Positions 8,392 to 20,300 of a stretch of DNA of 64,000 bases are shown here, one piece after another (within the stretch, counting starts at the first letter, position 1; every line of letters begins with the position of its first letter). This DNA comes from Verrucomicrobiia bacterium. GTDB taxonomy: Bacteria > Verrucomicrobiota > Verrucomicrobiia > Limisphaerales > DASXHY01. The translations under genes were made by a program, and so were the position numbers. The stretch covers positions 19,369 to 83,368 of the forward strand of contig DASTXC010000040.1 of assembly GCA_035765675.1 (NCBI GenBank), in the 5' to 3' direction. The notes under the pieces are model-generated. The model saw only the letters and a list, made by a program, of their open reading frames with translations, had not been told where the DNA came from and did not search any database.

Positions 8392-11300
8392 ATGACTATT
8401 GCCAATGCTCCATTTCGTCGCGTCTGGCCGTTGATGCTGCTCAGCGTGCTGCTGTTTCAAAGCGTTCGTGCCGAGGAAAAAACGTTGAATGTCGGCGGCG
8501 TTCCCATCGTGTTGCAGGACGTCACCGCGCAGGCGGAAGTGTTTTATTCCGCCATGCGTTTCAATCGCGCCTCAAACGTGTGGAATGTCGAAGCCTCCAT
8601 CCGCAACAAAAGTCAATCCGCGCTGCCCACACCGCTGGTCCTTTACATTGAATCCGCCAGCGGAACGAGCGGTGTGCTGCACGCCGACGGTCATGACGGT
8701 GCGAATCCCTATTTCAATTTCGCGAATTCCGTTTCTGGAATCACCTTGGCCGCCGGCGAATCCAGCGCGCCACGCACCTTGACTCTGGCTTTCGGCACGG
8801 GAACACCGCAGTTGGTCACACGCGTTTTTGCACCGGGAATTCCCAGCGCCGCCGCGATTGCGTTCGGACGTTCGCTGAACGAAGCGGGCCAGCCGTTGCC
8901 GGATGTGACGGTCACCGAAGTGGGGCCGAACGGTGAATCGACGAATATCACCGGCCACGCATCCGGAATCGTCACGCTTGGCCAGGGAACCGGCGCGCAT
9001 CTCTGGAAATTTTCCAAACCGGGTTATCTGCCGGTCTGGCGCGCTTTGACGCTGAACACCAACGGCGTTGCGACTGTGCCTTCGCCACGTCTCACTCCGC
9101 GCGCGACCGATATTTTTCCGCTGACGCCTGTGGGCGGCGGCAGTTTTTCGAATCAAACGATTTCGCTGCAATTCGGTCCCGGCGCAGTTCTCAGCGACAC
9201 GACGGCCACGATCACGATGCTGAATGCCCAGACGCTGCCCGCGTTGTTGCCGATGGGCTGGAGTCCGTTGGGCGCGTTCTGGATGGAAATCGCGAGTCCG
9301 GTTCAACAGCCCGGAACGCTCGCAATCGCGCCAGACGACAGAATCGCATTTTCGGAAACCGCCTCGCTGATTCGCTGGAACGAAACAGCCGCGCGCTGGG
9401 AAGTTGTCGCCAGTCAATCCGGCCTCGGAACCAACGCCTTGAGTTTTGCGCTTCCTGGCGCTGGCGCTTACGCGCTGGTCGTTCCCGATGAAGGAATTTT
9501 TGCGCCGCCGGCTGCAACGGTCGGTCAACCACTCGCCGCGACCGCAAACGCGTTCACCAACTTCGCCGCGCTGACAGCGTTTGGAACCGTGACGCCGTCG
9601 CTGAGTCCGGCCAGTCCCATTGCCGATCTCGTGACGGCGCAGGCTGAAGTGACGTTCACCGCCCTGTCCGGCGCGTTGCCGAGCGGCCTGGTGTTGCCCA
9701 CGGAAGTTTCGGAAAACTACGAACTCACCGATCACACGCATCGCCTGCCGCCGACTTACGAAAATCACATTGTGGCTTATCAGCGTCCCGCCGATGACAA
9801 TGCGTCCACGCTCGTGGCGACGTTTCCTCTGCGGCCGATCTGGCTGCTGGGCGCGGATGAACTCGCGCAGGCCAATATTCATGTGGACGTACTCCCGCCC
9901 GTTTCGTTTCCCGGCGGCGTGCTGGATCAGAACGGCGGACAGATCGCGCTCGGGCCGGTCCGCATTTTGTCCGGTGTCAGCAATCTGACTTCGGCATACG
10001 CCATTCGCCTTCAGCTTTTGAACCGAACGAATTTCTCTTCGCTCGCCAGCAACATTGTGGTCGCGTTTGAAATCAGCGCCGGCGAATTGCCCTCGGGCAA
10101 ACGTCTTTCCGCTCAATTCACGCCTCAGGCAACGAACAGCATTTTTGTCCTCGCCCGCGTGCTGTCGCGCAACGGACTTTACGGGCTGGAACCGATTGAA
10201 CGTTTTGCGAGCAATGCGTCCGGCGCGCTCAGCAGTGTTGAACCGCAAACCGGCGAACGGCTTTCGGGGATTACCGGCGCGGGACAATTCCTGTTGATCC
10301 AGATGGGAACGCCGCAGGGACTGGTCAGCGGGATTGCTCGAAACGCTGCGAATCAACCGCTCGAAGGCGCGGCGATTCAGATTCCGCCCTGGCTGACGTT
10401 TTCCGATGCGTTCGGAAAATATCAACTGCTTTCGCCGACCGGCGCGGTGCAGGTCGCCATCACGGATTTGAATTCCGGTGATTCCACGCATCTCGATGTG
10501 GTGTTGAACGATTGGCAGATCGGTGTGGTCGCGGATATCGAAGCCGCGCCGCAACCCCCGCGCGTCGTTTCCGTTTCGCCTGCGCCGGGTGCAACGGGAG
10601 TCAGTCTCGTGACACCGATTACAATTACGTTCAGCGAGCCGATCAATCTCGCCAGCGTTTTGCCGAATGGCATTCAACTCATTGGCGCAAGCAATCAAAT
10701 CGTTCCGACATCGCTGTCCTTCAATCTGAAAGGCACCGTGGCGAATCTGCTGCCTGTGGATCCGCTCGCGCCGACGACGCTTCACACGATTGTGGTTTCC
10801 ACCAACGTCGCGGATTTTACGAATCTGAAACTCACCGGCCAGAACGCATTTTCGTTCACGACCACCAGCGATGCGAACCAGCGCGATCTCGCGGCGCAGG
10901 TCATCAGTTACGAGCCGACGAATGGCTTGATGCGCATTCGCGGAACGCTTGGAATCGCGGAGCCGAACGCGCCGGTGATTCTCGTGAATGACACGACCGG
11001 CTACACCTCAACGGTGCTGGCGAAGGCGGACGGCAGTTTCGACAATTCCATCCCGGCTTCGGAAGATGATCTGCTCAGCGCGGTGCTGGTAAATGGGAAC
11101 GGAACGCGCAATGTGATTCCGGTCAGCCGCCAGATTTTTCGCGATGGCTCCGTCGGTCTGTTCAATGGCGGCGGCACAATTGAAAGCACCAACGCCAACG
11201 GCGTCGTGCAGGTGCTTATCGAGGCGGGTTCCATTCCGGGACGAACGAAATTCAAGATCGACGCGCTGGACATGACGGCGTTGCCCGCCTTCGTAACCAA

Positions 11301-14300
11301 TGTTCCCGCGGGTTCGGCGAAACCGCTGGGCGGTTTGAAAATCAAAATTTCCGGCGACACCCTTCAACAGTCCGTGGACGTTTCGTTTCCGATCAACGTC
11401 GCGGATTTGAATCTGCCGGAAGGCGAAAATCCGACCAACGCAACCTTCTGTCTGGCGATTCCGCACGAAGACGTTGCGGACGGAATCACGAACACCATTT
11501 ATGAAATCGTGGACCGCATGCATTTCGAGGAAGGCAAGCTGGTCACGCATTCGCCGCCGTTCTTCGGATTGTTGCCCGCGTTGAATCTCGACCTGCTCAC
11601 CGTGCCGCTGTTCATGAGCGTCGGCCAGCAGATGACGATTGCGGGTCGCGTGTATTCCGCGCAACTCGACAACTACGGCAAGCCCATCCCGGGAACGGAA
11701 AAAAATCTTCCGGGCGCGGTCGTGAGTGCAGTTCCACCCGGCGCGCCGCAGGGAATTCCGGGACGTTTGCGTCCGGGCACAATCATGGCCACTGCGGGCG
11801 GAACCAATTCCAGCTACGCCATGATGGTTGTGGTCACCGAAGCCGCACCCGCCGTGGTGACCGCGTCGCATCCGCGTTTTCCGGGAATCGCGCCGGTGGC
11901 CTTTGTTCCCGCGATGAGCCAGGCCGAACGCTTTTCGCTCGGAAACTTTTTCAAACCGGTCGATGTCGTTTTCCCGACGCGCGACGCGCTGGATTTGAGT
12001 TCGCCGACGGTTTTGTTTTCGCATTCGCCGGAACGTCCGGAACCGACCAGTAATGGCGTGGTTCGTATTGTGGCCACGGATACCGCGTCGCGGCCGAGCC
12101 TGACGGTTTCCATTGCGGAAGCGGTTGCGCTGGGCAGTGCAACGAATATTCCCGCAGGTGAAATTGAACTCTCCCTCGCCGGCAGCGAAGACATTGGCGC
12201 TTTCACGCGTCGCGAAAACTGGAACGTGTCCGCGCCCGTCGCCGCGCGTGTTTTGTTGCAGGCGCGCGCCACGGATGATTCTGGAAATGAAGTGGTCAGC
12301 GCGTATCCGATTTTGTTCGGCGGCAGTGAAGTGGTCGTTTCAAATTCAATCCCCGCGCCTGATCCCAATGACAAAACCGGCCCGCGCGTGATTTCGTCGA
12401 TTCCGTCGCGCGGTGGTTTGGGCGCGGCTCCGGGCGAAGCAATTGTGCTGCGTTTCGATGAGCCGATTGATCGCGCCATTTTGCAGGATGCCACGGTGCT
12501 CAGTCTGATGCCGGGAAATCTGCGTCCGGTGTTGCGATTGAGCGAAGACCAAATGGAACTGCGATTGAACTTTGCCGACATGCGTCCGGGCGTGGCCTAC
12601 ACGCTGACTTTGAATTCCGGCGTGCGCGACATTTCTGGAAATCGCCTGGATCAGGATCCGATTGCGGAAGGGAACAACAGTTTCGTTTTGAATTTCACCA
12701 CTGCCGCGCTCACAACCGGCAATCTGCCCAATATTCAATCCGGCGGCGGCGCAATCGTTCGCGGCATCTACGCTTACGTGCTGGATCGCAATACTTCTTC
12801 AAACGCGTCGGTCGGCATTTACGATCTTTCCAATCCAGCCGCGCCGCGCCGCGCCGCGCAATTTCTGCTGGGCGGCGGTTATCCGCGCGATCTCGTTTTG
12901 ATTCCGGATTATTCGTTCAAACGCCGAATCGACGGCCCGGTGTTGAAAAAGGATTTGCTTGCAGTCGTCGGCGGCTATACCGGCGTGGGACGCAGCCAAT
13001 ATCTGCGGTTGATCGATATCAGCGATCCGCTCAATCCTCAGTGGGAAGCGGGGATCACGCTCACGTTAAATCCTGACTCCGTGGTTTCGCGCGTGCAATG
13101 GGCTCCGCCGTATCTCGGTTATCTCGAAAATGGAACGGTGAATTCCATCGGCGTGCTCGATCTGCAAACGCTGATTCTTTTCGAGAACATGACTTCGGCG
13201 GAATACGTCGCGATGCCGGACGCGGGCTATCCAGGCGTCGATGCGAATGGCGATGGCGATTACGTCGATGCCGGTGATGAACTGCCTTTGCCCGCCAGCC
13301 AGCCGGTGGAATTTGCGGGCAAGCTTTTCAGCTTCACGCTGAACGACGCGGATTCGTGGATCAATGATTTCGTTCTGGGTGAACACGGACAATTCGTCGG
13401 CGTCGTCACAGACGCGGGCCATCGCTACGGCGAGAATGGATCGCAGACGAGCGAGATTGCGCCGCCGATGTATCGCACGCTCTACAGTTCGGGAACGTTT
13501 CCCGAAAACGATCTCGCGTCGTATGTGTTCACGAATGCGCGGCCCAAGCGATTGCTGCTGATGTCGGATTTTCCGGTGGTGGACAACGGCCAGACGCGGC
13601 TCGCGCGATTGGCATTGGTTTCCATTCGCATGGACGCGGGACACGAAGACGGAAAACCGAATCGGCTGGTGATTCTCGATGTGACCATTCCGGTCGATCC
13701 GCAGGTCTTTGCGGAAATCTCCATTCCCGAAGCCAATGGCGAATCGATTTATTCCGTGGTTCGTCGCGAAGACGGAATGCTGCTGCTCGCGACCGACAAG
13801 GACGTGTTGATTCTTGATCCTTCGAAGTTCCGTTCGCCGATTGGAACGAATGGTGTTCATCCCGCAATCGTTGGTGTCATTCCCGACGCAGGCAACGCGA
13901 TGCGCACGTTCGACGGAAATCTTGCCGGGCTGAATGTCATCAGCGACGGCGCGAAAAATCAGGTGCTGCTGGGAACGCCGACGCTGGAATTTGTCGCCGC
14001 TCCGACGAACACGCCGTTCATTCCGGCGAATCTCGTCAACAACACGAATCTGCAATCGCTGCTCGGCACCTTCACGCCGGTGAACGATCTCTGGCTATCG
14101 CGCTATCGCGGTGAACCTGGCATCGTGCCGTCCACGATTTCTCCGCCGCTGGGTGTGACGCATTATTACGTGCTGGTTCATGCGCCCGGTTCCGCGGGCG
14201 CGACGATCGATCTCGCGCTGGAAAGTTTGAACTGGTCCGGCCAGCCGTTGCGCAAACAGGGATTCCTGTTCCCGCCGGTGAACGCCTTCAGCAGCAGCGC

Positions 14301-17300
14301 GCTCGCGGCATTGGAACAAACTCCTTCCGCTGAAGAAGCGCCGGTGCGTTCGAGCAAAGCCTGGCGGCTGTCGAGCAATCCAGGAAGTCCGTTCTATAAT
14401 CTGTATCTCTCGCGTCCGTTCGCTTTGGTCGGCGAAGAAATGTCGAAGGACGAACTCGCGACCGTTCAATCGGAACTCGACCGCGACATTTTCTGGAGTG
14501 GCGCGTTTCTGCGCGCGAGTTTTGATCCGTCGTTGAAGGACAATCCGGTGCTTGGAAAATTCGTCGGCAGAATCAGCCCCGAAGACAGCGTGCATTATCC
14601 TGGCGTCGAAGCGCTCGCGTATTCCTATCCCGCGGATTATATCCAATCGCCCAATCCCGGACCGATCATCGGCGGCGTGACGCTGATCGATGCCTTGGGC
14701 GCAATCGGCGCGCACAACGGCGAGTTGCGTTCGGAAACGGTGGACATGGCGTTGCCGGGACGACGGTTGCCGATTGAGTTTCGCCGGTTCAATGGCGCGC
14801 AGGGCATTTATGACGGACCGTTCGGGCGCGGCTGGGATTTCAATTTCAACCAGCGCATTGTCGAGCTTTCAACCCGAGGTTTCGCGCCGGATTCAAAATT
14901 ACCGCAGGTGATCCGGGATTCCGCTGAGGACAGTGAAATCGCCGCGACGAAAGACCTGTTGTTCTACACCGGCGCGGGCCGCGTCGTGATCTGGAAATAC
15001 TCCGGAACCAATGCGCCGCCGGAAGTCGCCAGTGATCCGCTCGTGACGCAGGTGTTGAAATGGACGAATCAGGTGGCGCGTTATTATCTGCCGCCGGCGG
15101 GCGCGTTCAATCTGATGTTCAAATTCAAGGATGGCCGTTACGCGCGGCTCGAACCGGATGGCACGCAGTTCTGGTACAACTCCGCCGGACGGCTCACGAA
15201 AATTTACGATCGTTACGACAAGAATTCGCTGGAGATGGTTTACAACGCGCGCGGCGAACTGATTCGCATTTACGACGAACTGCATCGCGCGCTGGACATC
15301 GGCTGGTGGCGTTTGCCGACCGATCCGTTGCGGCGTCCGGGCATTGATGAAGCCACGTTGCGCCCGAACATCGCGGGAAAAATCTGCAGGCTGCTCGATT
15401 ATTCGAATCGCGATGTTTTGTTCTATTACACCGAAGACGGTTTGCTGGATCGCCGCGAAGGACCGTTGGTGGAAACGGCGGCGCTGAATGGTTTCACCGG
15501 CCGCGGCATCACGCGCTACACCTACAGCAATTCCAGCCAGCCGGATCGTTCTGGAAAATCGCTCACGGGAATCATTGCCGGGGACAACATTGGCACGCCG
15601 CTGATTGCCGCCACTGATCTCGGCGCGCGTGGTCGCGACACGGTCAGCAAACTCAAGCTTGCGACCGGTGACGTGAAAATCGAACTCGGCCAGGCGAACA
15701 CCGCGAAAGCGTTGAGCGCTGGTAATGGCGCGATGAAGGTCACAAACCCGGATCAGTCCACCACCCGTTACAAGCTCGATAAATTCGGCCGGCCTTTGGA
15801 AATCGGATTGGCAGCGCAAAACGGCGACGAGCAAAAAACCGCGAAGGAATATTATCCAAACGGTTTGCTGAAATCGATTACGCATCCGGAAGGCAATCGC
15901 ATCGAATACGTTTACGATTCCGAAAATCCGTCGCTGCGCGCCCGCGCCAACGTGATCAGGATCACGAAATATCCCGGACCGCGCGGCGGGCCGGTGCTGC
16001 AGGCGACCAGCGAATTCGATGACTGGTACAATCTGCCCGCGGGAATCAAAACCGATTTCAACACGAACTCCGCCACGATCACACTGCGCCTGGATCATCG
16101 CGACACCGAACGCGTCACCAAAGCGGGATTGTTCGAAACGTTCACCGCGAATGAATTCGGCCAGATGGAACGCCACGTTTCCATTGATGGCATTGTGCGG
16201 CAATGGACTTACACGCCGGATGGATTTGTGAAGACGCTTTCGATCGGCGACGTCACGACGACCTACGGCTACGCGCCGGCGACCGGTGCGCGCAGTGATT
16301 TCACGTTGCGCGGACTGGCGTCGTCCGAAACCGACGGACGCAATCTCACGACGCAATTTATCTACGACGAACGCAATCAGCTCGTGCGCTCAATTCGCGC
16401 CGGACGCGAGACGAGTTATGCGTACGATGAAACCGGAAACATTCTGGAATTGCGCACGCAAGTGGATGGCGAGCGCACGTTGATCGAGCAGCGCACTTAC
16501 GATCAGCTCGGTTTTATGCGCACGAAAACCTTGAAAGATGTCGAGGTCAATGGCGTGCCGACCGACATCTTGACTACGTTTGAACCGGACGAAATGCATC
16601 GCGTCAAACGCGCGACGTTCCCCGGCGGTGAAGTGCATGAATTGCAATACAACCACGTCGGTCAGCTCACGAATTACGTGATCGGCGGAACGTATCGCGA
16701 AAGTTACACCTACGACGCAAACGGCAATCGCCTCACCACGACAATTGGCGGCGCGACGGAAACCCATGTCTTCGACGGTCACGATCGACTGATTCAAATC
16801 ATTACTCCGAGCGGCGCAACGAACTTCATTGCTTACGATGGCAACAACAACATCGTTGGAAAAAAATCCATTGATGCAGATGGAACGGTTCTGGCCGAAA
16901 TGTCCGCGGAGTTTGATGAGCTTAACCGGCCCTTCCACGAAACGCGTTTGCGCGATTCGGGAGTGTCCACGGCGAATTACGATTACAACACGGCGGATCG
17001 CATTGTGACCTTCACCGACGCGCTCGGTGCGCAGGTGAAAACGTATTACGACAATGTGGGTCGCATCTGGAAAGAGGAACTGCCGACGCGCACGACCGAA
17101 ACGGAATTCGACGGCAACGGCAATGTGCATCGACGCAAAACGACTGAGAGCGGACGCGTTTATTCCGAGGAATTCGATTACAACGAATTCGATCAACTCA
17201 CGGAAGCGCGCGACAATCTCGGCAATGCCACGCGTTACACGCTGGGCTTTGACGGACGCGCGAAGGAGATTCGCGACCGCGAAGGATTTTCAATCACGAA

Positions 17301-20300
17301 CCAGTTCACGATCCTGGGAGAAGCGGCGCGCACGTTGGACGCCAATGGTGTCATCACCGATTTTCAACGTTCGACCAATCGTCAGATCAGCCGGATCAGC
17401 GATGCCGCGGATCATGCGTTGCGCACGGAATTCGACACGATGAATCGTGTGCGGCGCGTGATTCTTCCGGATGCGGCGGAGACGACTTACAGCAACTTCG
17501 ACGCGCTGAATTCGCCTCGCAGCATTTCCATGCCGCGCGGGATTCAGATCACGGCGGCGTACAATTCCGAAGGGCTGCTGACCAATCGCGTTTTCACCAG
17601 TCCGATGGGAACACGCACGGAAACTTACGTGTATGACGGGTTGCAACGATTGAAGTCGGTGACCGATCCGTCCGGTTCCGTGAACTTCACGTTCGACAAG
17701 TTCGGATTCACGAAAACGTTCGGTCACGAATATCAGTTCCGCTTGCCGGTGAATGGTTCCAGCACGCTCGCGTTCAGTGTGGAACAAAATGCAGATGCGG
17801 GTGGATTCCGTTCTTCAATTATTTATGCGAACGCCGCGCTGACGGTGGAGAATCGTCGCGACAACACCGGTCGGTTGCTCGCGCTGATTCCCAGCACCGG
17901 CGAAGCGATCATCAAGACGAACGAATATGTCGGTGACACTTTGGTGGCGACCCGAGAAATGGGAAATGGCCGCGTGCGAATGGAAGCGGAATTCGACGCG
18001 CTGAAGCGTCCGACCGCGCGCCGGTTTGTGAATGCCGCCGGTCGCGATCTCGTGGATGTGCGTTACGCGTATGACAAAAACGGTGCGCAAATAGCGCGGC
18101 AATTTGTGCATCGCGCCGGACGTGCGGACTTCTTCCAATACGATCCGGGCTATCGTTTGAAACGCGCCGATCTCGGAGTTCATCCGTCGCTCGGCGGCGC
18201 AGATGCCAATCGTGTGTTCCCCGGATTTTCTGTTCCGGCGGGTCTCGAAGGGAACTGGGCTGCGGGTGCCTTCGCGCGCGAAATGAATTATTCCGATACC
18301 GACGTGTTGGGTGGAGTTGCGACGTCGAATCCGGATTCGCTGGAATTGCCACCGCTCGCGTCCAGCTTCGGAACGCCGGATGATCTTCTGTTCGTCTCAT
18401 CGCTCGACGGTTTCACGCGTCAACGTGATGAAGTGGGAAATATCACAGTGACGCGGCTCTACATGCGCTTGCCGGGAAGCGCGATTCCAGTCGCGGTGGC
18501 AGCTACGAACACGTTCAACGAATTGAATCAACTCGTCCGGATCGAACGCGCCGACGGTGTGGTGATTGAGAACGAATACGATCCGAGCGGTTTGCGATTC
18601 CGCCGCAAAGTCACCGGCAATCCTGCGCGCTGCGTTCCGTCGGACACGGCTTTTCTGTATGACGGCGGCAATCTGATCGAAGAACGTGATCTGCAAAATG
18701 GTGGAGCAGTGATCGCGCGTTATTTCTACGGTGACGATGGCGATGAACTGATCGCCGGCGATCTCGCGGATGGAAATGGAACTTTGGCGCGGCATTACTT
18801 TCTGAGTGACGTCGTTCGTTCCATTCTCGGCGTGACCGATGCCAATGGAAATCTGGTGGAACGCGTGCGTTACGATGCGTGGGGCCAGCCGGTGATTGAA
18901 TCCGCGGACAATGTCGCACCGCAGATTGCGCGCGTTTCGCTGGAAACCAATTCGCTGTTGATCGAGTTCACTGAATCCGTTTTGCCTGCGTTCAACGACG
19001 CGGTCGATCCCAATGGATTCGTTACCAGCCTGCGCGATGCGAATTCATTGTTCGAAGTGCGCGTGAATGGTTCGTCCGTTTCGGGCACGGTGCGCTTCGA
19101 AGAAAATCTTCCGGGAACATTGTTCGGCAGCGCGTATCGCTTCATTCCTTCCGAAACCTTGAGCGGCACCGCGCAATTGACGGTTGTGGGCGGCGCGGTC
19201 CAGGACGATTTCAACAACACCAATCTTACTCTCACGGTTAATCTCGATCTCAATCCCGCTTCGCCTGGCGTGGTGTTCACCGGCGCGGCTTCGGGCAGCA
19301 CAGCCGCAACGCAGCTTGGCCGCAGCACAATTGGATCGCCGTTCCTGTTTCAGGGACAGGTGTTTGATTACGACAGTGGTTTGGTTTATTGCCGCGCGCG
19401 TTTCTACGATCCGGCCAGCGCCATGTTCCTTCAGCGCGATCCGGGCGGTTACGTCGATGGCGTGAATCAGTACGCGGGCTTCGCGAATAATCCGATCAGC
19501 CTGCGCGATCCGACCGGCCACGCGACCCCAGAAGGCATGGATCAAGGTGAAGCGCGCGAGCAACACAGCATCAGCGGCTATCTCGTGAACACGATGCGCG
19601 ATTCGATCAACCGCGCGCTCGATCTCGGCACGGCCACAGCCCAGGGCATTGATCTGTTGAACTCCGGCAATCCGGGATCGCAGGGCGCATTGGACGCGAT
19701 ACGCGGCGCGGATTTGATTATTTCCGACGCGCAGGTGGCCGCGGGAGCGTTTGGCACATTGAAGTTTGCGATGACGTCGTCGGTGAATCTCGCTCGGCGC
19801 GCGGCTGGGCTCTTTCAGAAATTCCGCAGCTCACCGCAGATTCCAGCGGCGGTGCGCGATCATTTGATCAAGTCGGGTCTGACGCAGGTGGAGATTGACG
19901 CCATTGTTCCCGCGATGAAGGAGCATGGCATCACGCGTTTGAGCATTCGCAGCTTCAATGAGAAACGATTCGCGCGCCAGACGGGTGTGAACGCGGGGCT
20001 CCCGCAGAAGCCGATGCACATCAAAGAGAAAACCGGCTTTGATTCCACGATCACGCGCGACGGGGTGACGTATGTTTCCGACGCGGACATTCTGCACGTT
20101 GAAATTCAAGGGCGTCCGGCCACGGTGAAAGAAGTTCAGAAATTCACCGCTTCGGCGAATCGCAATTATTCCAAGCTGTGGAATCAGCGCGGCCTCGGCA
20201 CGCTCGGTGTCCCCGCCAATCCGCCGTTCCAGCACGGGTCGCATCTCAGCATGGCGCAGATGTATGACAAGGGCGGCAAGGTCAATGGCGCGTATATCCG

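Noticed and set aside
8572-10785. A 737-aa ORF antisense to the Rhs gene, plus similar long antisense ORFs at 14899-16356, 22418-24304, 21062-22150, 11008-12024, 13066-14055 and 30935-32101.
   Set aside because: All are Arg/Gly/His-rich and low in complexity, with no recognisable motifs. They lie entirely inside strongly supported sense-strand genes. They are the expected stop-poor shadow frame of GC3-rich coding sequence.
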